Program-made: the position numbers and the translations under genes
Assembly (NCBI GenBank): GCA_963771275.1
Contig: CAVYSW010000003.1
Location: 928,001-992,000, forward strand
Origin: an uncultured Gemmatimonadales bacterium
Lineage (GTDB): Bacteria > Gemmatimonadota > Gemmatimonadetes > Gemmatimonadales > GWC2-71-9
Direction of reading: 5' to 3'
DNA length: 64,000 nucleotides
The notes under the pieces: generated by a model
The model's database searches: none
What the model was told of the DNA's origin: nothing
The model's input: only the letters and a program-made list of their open reading frames with translations
In this document: positions 51,593 through 60,719 of the stretch, piece by piece
How positions within the stretch are numbered: the first letter of the stretch is position 1
Layout of the letters: each line of letters starts with the position of its first letter

Positions 51593-52873
51593 TCAGTACG
51601 CATACTCGACGCCCGCGGTCCAGATGTAGTCGGGCTGGAGCCCCGCTCGCCTGAGTGGCACGATGCCGTTGAGCACCAGGACCGTGCCGCCGCGCACCGC
51701 GAACTTGACGCCGAACGCGGCGTTCAGGACGTTGTCGCGCTTCTCGGGAATCGTGGTGGACGGGTAGATGCGCTCGAACGGTATCGAATACACGATCGGG
51801 CCGGGCAGCGCGATCTTGTTGGCCCCGAGCTGCCACTCCGAGCTGATGTCGAACGCCACCGTGGCCCACTGGGCGGCCAGCGCGTCGAATCCCAGGGTCG
51901 CCAGGATGGCATCGTTCTGGAGGGAGTCGGAGCGGGCGACGTACCCGCCGTTGAAATGCGGGGCGAAGGTACCGAACTGGGTGCCGACGATCGCCAGGGC
52001 GCGGATCGCCGTCGAGCCGGCGCCGAGCAGATCCTCCTCACGGCCCGTGGGAAGCCGCACCTCGGCCAGCAGGGCCACGCCGACATGCTCGCCCTGCCCC
52101 GCGTTGATCTTCACCCGCCCCACCACGTCGCCGACCCCCGTGGCGGAGCCATGGGCGCTCTTCGTGGCACGGAGGATCGGATTGAGGGAGTCACCGCTGA
52201 ACCGGTGCACGGCCACCGCGCCGAACGGGGTGAATTGCGCGATGCTGCTCCCGCTGATCGACGTGCGCACGAACGGGACCGCGAGTCCGATATCCACGAA
52301 ATCGGTGGGGGCCCACGTGGCAAACAGCGACGCCACCTGCACGCTGATGTCCAGGGCCAGCTGCACCGAGATCATGTCGTTCTCGAGCGGCGGATCGCCG
52401 AGCCCCGGGGCGCCGACATCCTGATGGGCGAAGTTGAAGCGCAGGTCGCTGATCGGATCGCCGTTCAGCGACGAGTAGGAGATACCACTCACGTTGGCGC
52501 CGAGGAAGAACCGGCCGCGTCCCAGGGTCTGTGACCGTTCGGCGTAGATCGGACCCGCGGACGTCGACGTCTTGACGGGCAGCCCGCCCACGATCCTGAA
52601 GGTCGTCCCGCTGCTCGTCGCCGAGATGGGCAGGTTGGCGGTGCTCCGGCTGATGGACTGCGTCAGGAATCCCAGGACCGTCTGATTCCCCTGCGTCACC
52701 GAGGGAATGAAATGCTCGCCGTGCTGCGGCCCCACGTCCAGGCACAGCGGCTTGCCACACGTCCCGAAGGTGAACAGATCGTTGATCAGGCTGTCGAGAC
52801 TCTGGGCGTGTGCCCGCGCGGGGTGGATGAACAGCAACGCGGACAACACGAAGGGCAGCGGGCTGGGACGCAT
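51593..52873 (-). CDS. Exported outer-membrane beta-barrel-like protein (transporter/MetA-pathway-like)
   Basis: Signal peptide, ERSQTLGRG, GVGDVVGRVK, LPTG..DLLG.G, C-terminal GVEYAY. Confidence 0.75.
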   Translation of the reverse strand: MRPSPLPFVLSALLFIHPARAHAQSLDSLINDLFTFGTCGKPLCLDVGPQHGEHFIPSVTQGNQTVLGFLTQSISRSTANLPISATSSGTTFRIVGGLPVKTSTSAGPIYAERSQTLGRGRFFLGANVSGISYSSLNGDPISDLRFNFAHQDVGAPGLGDPPLENDMISVQLALDISVQVASLFATWAPTDFVDIGLAVPFVRTSISGSSIAQFTPFGAVAVHRFSGDSLNPILRATKSAHGSATGVGDVVGRVKINAGQGEHVGVALLAEVRLPTGREEDLLGAGSTAIRALAIVGTQFGTFAPHFNGGYVARSDSLQNDAILATLGFDALAAQWATVAFDISSEWQLGANKIALPGPIVYSIPFERIYPSTTIPEKRDNVLNAAFGVKFAVRGGTVLVLNGIVPLRRAGLQPDYIWTAGVEYAY

Positions 52874-52952
52874 GCGCACTCCGGTGAAGTAAGGTGGCCA
52901 ACAAGGTACTTCTCCCCTGGAGGGGGGGAAGGAGGTCCAGGGGGGCCAAGCG

Positions 52953-53993
52953 CTACACGTTGAACCGGATGTGCAGAATGTCCCCGTCCGACACCACGTA
53001 GTCCTTGCCCTCGATCTGCAGCCGGCCGGCATCCTTCACCGCCGGCTCGGACCCGTACTCCATGAACACCGCATAGGGGATCACCTCCGCGCGGATGAAG
53101 CCGCGCTCGAGGTCCGAGTGGATGCGGCCGGCCGCCTGCCGCGCCCGGGTGCCCCGGCGGATCGGCCACGCCCGCACCTCGTCCGGCCCGACGGTGAAGA
53201 ACGACACGAGGTCTTGCAGACCATAGGCGGTGCGAATGAACCGCGTCAGCGCCGACTCCGCGAGGCCCAGATCCTCCAGAAACGCCGCGCGGTCCGCCGG
53301 GTCCATGCTCGCGATCTCGGCCTCCACACTGGCCGAGAGCACCAGGCCCGCGGCGTTGAGCTCGCCGAGCCGCGCCGCCAGTGCCGTAGGGAGCGGCTTG
53401 GCGGCCTCCTGCTCGCTGCGATTGAGCGCGATCAGCAGCGGCCGATCGGTGAGCAGCCCGTAGCCTCTGAGCGCGTCGCGATGCAGCGCCTCGGCCGAGA
53501 GCGACCGGATCGGGCGCTCCCGCTCGAGGGTTGCTTTCATCAGTTCGAACGCGGTCAGCTCGAGCGCATCGGGCTTGTCCTTCTTCGCGCGATCCAGCCG
53601 GCGCTCGACGATGTCGAGATCGGACAGCAGGCATTCGGTGTGGAACGCTTCGAGGTCGGCGGCGGGATCGGGATCGGCGTCGAGGGCGGGGTTGGGGAAC
53701 GCCCGCAGCACGAGACAGAGCACCTCCTGGTCGCGAATCTGCTGCAGGGCTTTGCGCGACAGCCCTTTGCGGTCGGCGCCGTGCTCGCCCGGAACGTCGC
53801 AGAAGACGATCTCGGCGTAGGTGGTCTTCTTGGGGGAGTAGATCCTGCTCAGGATGTCGATCCGCTCGTCAGGCACCTTCACCGTGCCGAGCCGCAGCTC
53901 GCCGCCGTAGCCGACCGGCACGGCAAGCCCGGTCATCGTATTGAACACGGTCGTCTTGCCCGAGCCTGCGAAGCCTACCAACCCGACTTTCAT
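52953..53993 (-). CDS. ychF: YchF-family ATPase/GTPase (divergent)
   Basis: MKVGLVG..SGKTT.FN, VKVPDER, FFTVGPDEVRAW, AGRIHSDLERGFIRAE, EGKDYVV.DGD..RFNV. Confidence 0.9.
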   Translation of the reverse strand: MKVGLVGFAGSGKTTVFNTMTGLAVPVGYGGELRLGTVKVPDERIDILSRIYSPKKTTYAEIVFCDVPGEHGADRKGLSRKALQQIRDQEVLCLVLRAFPNPALDADPDPAADLEAFHTECLLSDLDIVERRLDRAKKDKPDALELTAFELMKATLERERPIRSLSAEALHRDALRGYGLLTDRPLLIALNRSEQEAAKPLPTALAARLGELNAAGLVLSASVEAEIASMDPADRAAFLEDLGLAESALTRFIRTAYGLQDLVSFFTVGPDEVRAWPIRRGTRARQAAGRIHSDLERGFIRAEVIPYAVFMEYGSEPAVKDAGRLQIEGKDYVVSDGDILHIRFNV

Positions 53994-54171
53994 CCGGCGG
54001 AACTCCGTGCCAACGGGATCGGTAATCTCGCGGACGGGTCCGGGCAGGGCTAGGTGCCCGGGCCCTGAAACCGATCGCGCTCGCGCCCGTACGCTTCTTC
54101 TGAGCGACGTCCGACTCGACGGCAGGCGCCGCGAGCAGGAGATTCCTCATCCCATGATCAGGAGCATCGCG

Positions 54172-55608
54172 ATGAACGCACGGCTTCCACTCGGGGCGGT
54201 CCCGGTCCTGCTGGTGCTCGTCGCCTGCGGCGCACGCGAATCCGGTCCCCCATCGAAGGACCTCGCGCTCACCGATCTGCGCCTCGATCTGGCGCTCAAC
54301 TACGACGACGGCAGCATGGCGGGCCGGGCGACGATCACCGTGCTCAACGTCGGCGACGCGCCGGCCCGCCGGATACCGGTGCAGCTCGGCCGGCTGTTTC
54401 GGGTGTCCGCGGTGAGCGACTCGGCCAACGGCCCGGTACCGTTCACCCAGGACCTCATCACGCTGACCGATTGGCCGATCTTCCAGGTGAACCAGATCTA
54501 TCTGACCGCCGACCCGGCGTTGCGGTCCGGGGAATCACGTGCGTTTACGGTCGCCTACGGAGGATATCTCGTAGGCTACACCGAAACCGGCATGATGTAC
54601 GTGCGGGATCACATCGACCACGCCTTCACCATGCTCCGCGAAGACGCCCTGGCGTTCCCCACCCTCCACCTGCCGTCGAGCCACGACTCGCGCGGCATGC
54701 CGCGGCGCGACTTCAGCTATCACCTGCGGATCAGCGTTCCGTCGGACCTCGTCGTGGCCGCGGCGGTGCCACCGGCCGGGCGCAGCGACAGCGGCGGCGT
54801 GTCGACGTGGACGTTCGAGAGCACGGCACCGGTGCCGTTTCTCAACGTGCCGATCGCCCCATACGCGCTGCTGGAGCGCGGCGGCGTCCGGATCTTCCAC
54901 TTCCCGGCGGACAGCGCGGGCGCCCGCACCGTGCTGCGGGGGATCGAGCGCGTCACCGATACGTACACCCGCTGGCTCGGCCCGATCGAGCGCCGCACGA
55001 CACTCACGGTGATGGAGATCCCGGAGGACTGGGGCTCGCAGGCGAGCCTCACGGCCGGCATCATCCAGACCGCCGACCAGTTCGCGGGTGGGGCCAACCT
55101 CATCGGCATGTATCACGAGCTCGCGCATCTCTGGCATGCCACCGACACCGACACGCCCCCGGTGCGCTGGAACGAAGGCCTTGCCACCTTCCTGCAATTC
55201 CGGGCGGCCAGCGCGCTGGACGGCCGGTCACTGGAGGAGTCGATGCGCTGGGTGACCTCGCGCCTGGTGAGCCGCGCAGCCGACGATTCCGCCGTGGCCA
55301 CCGTGCCGATGGCGCAGTACGGACAGCGCGCGCTCACCGATTTCTCCTACTCGACAGGCGCCCTGCTGTTCTACGCCCTGTTCCGCGTGCTGGGCGACAC
55401 CGCGTTCGACCGCCTGCTCCAGAGCTATGGCGCCGCGTACGGGGCGAGCGGCAGCTCGACGGAGCAAATGGCGCGACACTTCAGTGAGCACTCGCCCGCG
55501 GATCTGCGACCGGTGTTCGACGACTGGCTCACCACGACCAACGGGTACCGACGACTGGCGGCCGGCGAGACGATCGACGCCATCATCGCGGGATACCGGC
55601 GCCGGTGA
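54172..55608 (+). CDS. M1/gluzincin-like metallopeptidase lipoprotein
   Basis: Lipobox LVA-C, HELAH, WNEGLA, YSTGA; AGGAG RBS (alternative start 54154). Confidence 0.8.
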   Translation: MNARLPLGAVPVLLVLVACGARESGPPSKDLALTDLRLDLALNYDDGSMAGRATITVLNVGDAPARRIPVQLGRLFRVSAVSDSANGPVPFTQDLITLTDWPIFQVNQIYLTADPALRSGESRAFTVAYGGYLVGYTETGMMYVRDHIDHAFTMLREDALAFPTLHLPSSHDSRGMPRRDFSYHLRISVPSDLVVAAAVPPAGRSDSGGVSTWTFESTAPVPFLNVPIAPYALLERGGVRIFHFPADSAGARTVLRGIERVTDTYTRWLGPIERRTTLTVMEIPEDWGSQASLTAGIIQTADQFAGGANLIGMYHELAHLWHATDTDTPPVRWNEGLATFLQFRAASALDGRSLEESMRWVTSRLVSRAADDSAVATVPMAQYGQRALTDFSYSTGALLFYALFRVLGDTAFDRLLQSYGAAYGASGSSTEQMARHFSEHSPADLRPVFDDWLTTTNGYRRLAAGETIDAIIAGYRRR

Positions 55609-55689
55609 CCTCCCACTCTCCGTCTTCGGTGTCGCTCCGCCTGCGGCGCTTCAAACTGACTCAACGGGTTTTCGGGCAAGTGCCGACAC

Positions 55690-55872
55690 TCACCCCGTGT
55701 TCGGGTAAGGAATCGGGATCGGTCCACCGGCCGTTGGGACTCTGGCTGGTGCGATCCGCTCCTCCAGCTCCTCGACACCCAACTCGATCGCTTCGGCGTC
55801 CTTGCCCGTGAGCGCCTTCACAGCCTGGCGCTGCGCGGGGGTGAGCTGCAGCGCAATCCGCTTCTCCGTCAT
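55690..55872 (-). CDS. 60-aa RiPP-precursor-like peptide
   Basis: GGGAG RBS; leader LQLTPAQRQAVKALTGKDAEAIELGVEELEERIAP plus Pro-rich tail ARVPTAGGPIPIPYPNTG. Confidence 0.65.
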   Translation of the reverse strand: MTEKRIALQLTPAQRQAVKALTGKDAEAIELGVEELEERIAPARVPTAGGPIPIPYPNTG

Positions 55873-55914
55873 GCTGGGCTCCCGGTCGTGGGGTCCGCCG
55901 AAGCTAGATCGGAG

Positions 55915-55933
55915 CCGTGAAAGGCCCGTGAAA
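55915..55933 (-). promoter_or_regulatory. Direct-repeat regulator site upstream of the peptide gene
   Basis: TTTCACGG-N3-TTTCACGG on the minus strand, 11-nt period. Confidence 0.5.
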
Positions 55934-56122
55934 CCCGGCTCGAGCGGGAAGGGCCGCGCGCACCGCGCGCCGTCCCGGACTGGTGCGGTCGACGCGCGAA
56001 CGCTATGAATGGTGGGCGCCATCCTGCGGGACGCTGCGGGGGACCCGGCATGCCTGGCGCCCCAGGACCCTCGCTGCGCTGGCTCGCCGGGCCGACGACC
56101 TGATCGGAGGAAGACGAACCCG

Positions 56123-56401
56123 ATGCGCAGAACCCCCAAGCCGGTCGCGGACCCGCTGCAGACCATCCCCGGGATCGGCCCGAGCCTCGCGCAGGACCTG
56201 CGCGACCTCGGTATCCGCCGCGTGGCCGACCTCGAGCGGCGCGACCCCGAACGCCTCTACGCCAGACTGAACCGCCTACGGGGAGTGCGACAGGATCCCT
56301 GCGTGCTCTACGCGTTCCGCTGCGCGGTCTACTATGCCCGCACGCCCCGGCCCAGACCCGAGCTGCTCAGGTGGTGGAACTGGAAGGACCGGGAGATCTG
56401 A
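56123..56401 (+). CDS. Helix-hairpin-helix protein (Cdd1/pathogenicity locus family)
   Basis: LQTIPGIGPSLAQDL, DPERLY, QDPCVLYAFRCAVYYA, WWNWKD. Confidence 0.85.
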   Translation: MRRTPKPVADPLQTIPGIGPSLAQDLRDLGIRRVADLERRDPERLYARLNRLRGVRQDPCVLYAFRCAVYYARTPRPRPELLRWWNWKDREI

Positions 56402-56522
56402 GGTTGCCCCTCCGGGAGGGGCCATCCCCCAATACCTGCTACTGGTAGCAGTTGCGGATTCGGGTCCGGTGCCCGATTGTGGAGCGAACTCGCCGCCACA
56501 CACGTCGGAGGTCTGCACAGCG

Positions 56523-57442
56523 ATGGCGCAGGTGCTGACCTTCGCGGACGCCGACTTGGAGAAGCTCTACGTGTTCGCGCGCCACCTCCGCCGCTTGCTG
56601 CCGGCGGACCGGGCGGCCCTGCCCCGCGAGGTCCAGCAGAACATCGACATGGAGTCCTACCGCATCCAGCAGACCGGAAGCGGCGGAATCGCCCTCGACC
56701 GCAAGACGGGCGTGCTCGACCCGATGGGCACGAAGGGCGGCCACGGAACCGCTCCGGAAGAGATGGAGACGCTGTCGCGCATCATCGCCGAGCTGAACGA
56801 GCGCTTCGGGCTCAGCCTCGGCCCCGAGCACCGCGTCACCCTCGGCCAGATGTGGACTCGAACTTCGAGCTCTACAAGCGGATCACCGACGACCGCGCCT
56901 TCGGCGAGGCGGTGAAGAACTTCCTGTTCGACCAGTACCTGCGAACGCACCGCTTGGCCGAGGAGCTGATCAAGCAGGGCGAGTCGAAGACCCTGGAGTT
57001 CAAGTCCACGCTACGCTGGAACATCAGGGAGAGCCGCCAGGACGACAGGAACGTCACGCACGCCGTGCTCAAGACCATCGCCGCCTTCTTGAACACCGAG
57101 GGCGGCGACCTCCTCATCGGGGTCGCGGACGACGGCTCGATCGTCGGCATCGAGCGCGATCAGCTCGACACCGACGACAAGTTCATGCGCCATCTGGCTC
57201 AGATGGTGCGAAACGGCCTCGGGGACCGGGCGAGCACCTGCATCGACCCCAAGACCCAGATTGTAGACGGAAAGACGGTGTGCGTGGTGAGCTGCCAGCG
57301 GAGCCCGGAGCCGGTGCTCCTCAAGTGGAAGGGGATGGAGAAGAGTCCCGGCGGAGACCTCTATGTGCGGAGCGGGCCGGGGACCGTCGTGCTGCCTCCT
57401 GAGAGTGCCAGCGCGCTGCTGGTTGAGCGTCTGCTGACCTGA
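56523..57442 (+). pseudogene. hsdR: Type I restriction R-subunit C-terminal fragment fused to an AlbA_2/Schlafen domain, internally deleted
   Basis: LEKLYVFARHL, LSRIIAELNERFG, frame change near 56852, NFELYKRITDD..F, then GESKTLEFKS, IAAFLNTEGG.LLIGVADDG. Confidence 0.75.
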
Positions 57443-57478
57443 CGCTGAGGCCGCCATCCACGCGGCCTCACGTGATCG

Positions 57479-58594
57479 TCACACCAGCGTCCTGAGGAAC
57501 GTGACCGCAGGGGCGACGCGGATCCCCTCCGGCGTCTGGTAGTCCTTCCGTCCCTCCGCGGCAATCTGCCAGGCCGCGGCGCTGGGGAACCGGGTCTTGA
57601 GATAGCGGAGCGCGGGATCCACGCGGGTATCGGACGACTTACACTCCACCAGGAGTCGGGGGACCCGTTTCTCCGCGACCACGAAATCGACCTCCCGCCC
57701 GTCCGTGTCGCGGAAGTAGCGCAGCTCGAGGTCGCGGCCCTTGGTGTCCTGCGTGTGGTGGACCCACTTGAGCAGGTGCGACGCGACCAGGTTCTCGAAT
57801 CGCGCGGCGGGGTCGTCCACGAGGCTCCAGTCCACGTGATAATGCTTCCGGGCCTTGCGGATGGCGCGGATGCGGGGGCCGCCGAGCGGCGGGAGGCGGA
57901 AGATGGCGTAGAGGCGCTCGAGGATCCCGATCCAGCGTTCGGCCGTCTTGTGACTGATCTCGAGATCTTCGCGGAGCGCGTTGACCGAGAGCGGCGAGCC
58001 GACCAACTCCGGGAGCCGGAGCATGAGCAGCTCCAGCCGCCCGAGGTCGTCCACGCGTTCCAGGCTGGTCACCTCCTCCCGGACCAGCAGGTTGCGGTAC
58101 TCCCGCGACCAACGGCGTGCCTCCACGTCCGATCCGGAAAGGAATGGCTCGGGGAACCCTCCGAGCCGAAGCAGGTCCCGCAGCGCGCTCGGTCCTGTCA
58201 GATCCAGCTCGGCCACGGACAGCGGGTGCAACCTGAGCAGGTGGTAGCGGCCCTGGAGAGAGTCACCGCCATAGCGATAGAAGTCGAGGCGCGCGGAGCC
58301 CGTGACCAGGATCCGCTGTCCCGTCGGTCGGCCGTCGTAGACGCCTTTGAGCCAGTTCCGCCACCGCCGGTACTTGTGCACCTCATCGAAGATCCAGAGC
58401 CGTCCCACGGGCAGCTCGCCCTGCAGGATCCGCTGCCGGTCGGCGGATACGTCCCAGTTCAGGTACCCGCGCCGCGCCGCGGGAAGGGAGAGGGCGAGGG
58501 TGGTCTTGCCGACCTGGCGAGGCCCGCTGACGAAGACCATCCGTTTCGCCAGGTCCTTGAGGATCTGTGGCTTGAGGTAGCGCTCGGCGGGCAT
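57479..58594 (-). CDS. AAA+ ATPase (AAA_14 + DUF4143)
   Basis: GPRQVGKTT, FDEVHK, VTGSA, SLQGR, GGFPE, FENLV, EVDFV...ECK. Confidence 0.92.
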   Translation of the reverse strand: MPAERYLKPQILKDLAKRMVFVSGPRQVGKTTLALSLPAARRGYLNWDVSADRQRILQGELPVGRLWIFDEVHKYRRWRNWLKGVYDGRPTGQRILVTGSARLDFYRYGGDSLQGRYHLLRLHPLSVAELDLTGPSALRDLLRLGGFPEPFLSGSDVEARRWSREYRNLLVREEVTSLERVDDLGRLELLMLRLPELVGSPLSVNALREDLEISHKTAERWIGILERLYAIFRLPPLGGPRIRAIRKARKHYHVDWSLVDDPAARFENLVASHLLKWVHHTQDTKGRDLELRYFRDTDGREVDFVVAEKRVPRLLVECKSSDTRVDPALRYLKTRFPSAAAWQIAAEGRKDYQTPEGIRVAPAVTFLRTLV

Positions 58595-58607
58595 GCGGCA
58601 TGATACT

Positions 58608-58651
58608 GACGTTTTGGACAGAAGTCAAAAACGTCTGCCGACGTTTTGGAC
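58608..58651. promoter_or_regulatory. Triple repeat (direct and inverted) upstream of the AAA ATPase
   Basis: GACGTTTTGGACA at 58608 and 58639 with inverted CAAAACGTC at 58626. Confidence 0.6.
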
Positions 58652-58671
58652 ACGGAGTGAGCCGTGTGGGT

Positions 58672-58900
58672 CTGAGGTAGGATGGTCCAGCCAACAAGCG
58701 CTCGATATCGCCGAGCGCATCGTCCGTGTCGCCGATCCGTGCGAGAATCCTCGCACGATCCTCGGCGACCAGAGCTCCGTCTATGGCGTCGTTACGGTAG
58801 ATGTCGGACTCTTCGAGCCACTGAGCCTCGCGCCGTGCGTCCTGCGACCGTTCCAGTTCGGCCAAGGCCAGGCCGCGTGCCGCATGTACCCAGCAGTCGT
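58672..58900 (-). pseudogene. TPR-type C-terminal fragment of a kinase/regulator gene
   Basis: HAARGLALAEL...ARREA...DAIDG....EDRARILARIGDTDDALGDIERLLAGPSYL; no start, no normal end. Confidence 0.55.
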
Positions 58901-59361
58901 GAGGGAGCACGGCCACCACGCCGGGCCTCCGTTCGCGAAGCCGGCGCCCTGATCCTTCAGAGCCGACACCTCGGTGTCGACGCGAAGGCAACGACATCGG
59001 TGATGTGAGCGGTCCGCCGATCGTCTCGCAGGTTGGCACCATGAAGTTTCGCGCCGGCGCGAATCGCCTGACCGAGGCCGCGAAGATCAACTCCGTCTCC
59101 TGCCTGCATCGGGGAAAGAACGGCCGCTACGCGCACGTCGCCGTCAGCACCACGCCGGTCGGGTCGCGGCTCGATTGCTTTCCAGATCGGTACTGCTGGG
59201 TGCGGGCGTGGGAGGGGAGCTAATCGGAGGGGCCGGCCGGCCGCGTCTGCTGCTGTGCCTGGACCGGTGCCGCCGTGCCCCGCAGGCCGATCAATCCCGC
59301 TCCACCAACCAGCGGCTGGATGAATCGCCGTCGCGACATCTAGCACCTCCCGCCGAAATTC

Positions 59362-59438
59362 TTCACTTTTCACTTTTCGTTCTGCGCTCTGCACACTTCA
59401 CGCTGGACGCTGCACCTTGCACGCTGCGCGCTGCACGC
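59362..59438. repeat. Degenerate heptamer tandem array (11 units)
   Basis: TTCACTT TTCACTT TTCGTTC TGCGCTC TGCACAC TTCACGC TGGACGC TGCACCT TGCACGC TGCGCGC TGCACGC. Confidence 0.7.
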
Positions 59439-59442
59439 TCCA

Positions 59443-60687
59443 TCACCATCCCGCCCACAGCGCCGCGACCCCGACGAGCGTGATCACCACCAAGCCCCAC
59501 GACGCGACCCGCCGGAACGCCGGGGTGCCGACCCCGACGATCAGCCCCAGCTTGAACACGCCGTTGGCGATCGTACCGATCGCGACCGCCTTGGCGGCGA
59601 TGACCGCCGGCTCCACGGGGCCCGTGAGCCGTGCCATCGCGAGGGTGAGCGCGTCCAGGTCCGACAGCCCGACGAGTGCCGCCGACCAGAGCACCCCTCC
59701 GGTGCCGAACTGCTGCTGCACCAGGTAGACCACCATCAGGACGACCTGGAATGCGAGCGTCATCTTGATGGCCGACGCGAGCCGCAGCGGACTGCGCTGC
59801 CCGGTGATGGGGCTCGCCCCACCCCGCGCCTCCGCGCCCTGGGCGCGGCTCCGCAGCAGCGGCACCAGCACGAGCGCCGCGCCCACGAGGAACGGCGGCA
59901 CGATGTAGGGCAGCAACCGCAGCGCCATCGCCGGGCTCAGCACGAGCGAGACGAGCAGCACGCGGGGGAACAGCATCGTGCAGGCGCCCAGCACCCCAAT
60001 GCCGAGCGGCCGCGCCGCGCCGGGCTCCCCGCGGGAGAGCTGCGAGAACCTGAGCGACACCACGGTGGACGACACCATCCCGCCCAGCAGGCCCGTGACG
60101 CCGTAGCCCATGGTGTCCCCGACGGCGCGGCGCGCGATGTAACCCACGAAATCCATACCCGAGAACAGCAGCACCACGACCCACAGCGCGCGGGGCCGGA
60201 TGCCGCCCAGCGGGCCGTACGGCCCCTCGGGCAGCAGCGGCAGGATCACCAGGGCGAGTACCGCGAACTGGAGACCGGCGCGCAGCTCCTGCTCGCCGAT
60301 GCTCCGGATCGCGCCGTGGATCCGCGTCTTCTCCTGCAGCGCGAGCACGATCACCGCGGTGGCGCCCGCCGCGAGCGTCACGTAACCCATGCCGGCCGCC
60401 GCGCCGAGCGCGAGCACGGCCAGGGCGGCGGCCTCGGTCGTCCCCTCGATTCCCTCCGCGTCGCGCCGCGCCGCGATCACGTACGCGGCAACCGTGAGGG
60501 CCACGCCGCCGGCGAGCAGCACGAAGGCGACCGCCACGCGCCCCGTCTCGTGCAGCCAGCCGGCCACCCCGGCCAGGAGACCGAGTACCAGAAACGTGCG
60601 CACGCCCGCGAACCGCCCGTGCGGGCCGGACGCATGCCCCGACCACTCGCGCTCGATCCCCACCGCCAGCCCGGCGAGCGCGGCCAC
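59443..60687 (-). CDS. MgtC/SapB + DUF4010 membrane protein
   Basis: GLAVGIERE, FAGVRTF, GTTEAA, LPLLP..PYGP, GGMVSST, DLDALT; start uncertain. Confidence 0.9.
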   Translation of the reverse strand: MAALAGLAVGIEREWSGHASGPHGRFAGVRTFLVLGLLAGVAGWLHETGRVAVAFVLLAGGVALTVAAYVIAARRDAEGIEGTTEAAALAVLALGAAAGMGYVTLAAGATAVIVLALQEKTRIHGAIRSIGEQELRAGLQFAVLALVILPLLPEGPYGPLGGIRPRALWVVVLLFSGMDFVGYIARRAVGDTMGYGVTGLLGGMVSSTVVSLRFSQLSRGEPGAARPLGIGVLGACTMLFPRVLLVSLVLSPAMALRLLPYIVPPFLVGAALVLVPLLRSRAQGAEARGGASPITGQRSPLRLASAIKMTLAFQVVLMVVYLVQQQFGTGGVLWSAALVGLSDLDALTLAMARLTGPVEPAVIAAKAVAIGTIANGVFKLGLIVGVGTPAFRRVASWGLVVITLVGVAALWAGW

Positions 60688-60719
60688 GGCGATGTCGATC
60701 GCTACCCTGACGTCAAGGC

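Noticed and set aside
55645..55680. TTCAAACTGACTCA as an IS end
   Set aside because: Only a vague resemblance, with no partner end or transposase
55690..55760. Lasso peptide interpretation (Thr at -2 before GG)
   Set aside because: No Asp/Glu at core positions 7-9 and no cyclase or B protein nearby
59005..59223. Small ORF (60-72 aa)
   Set aside because: No RBS or recognisable motif; cannot be supported without a homology search
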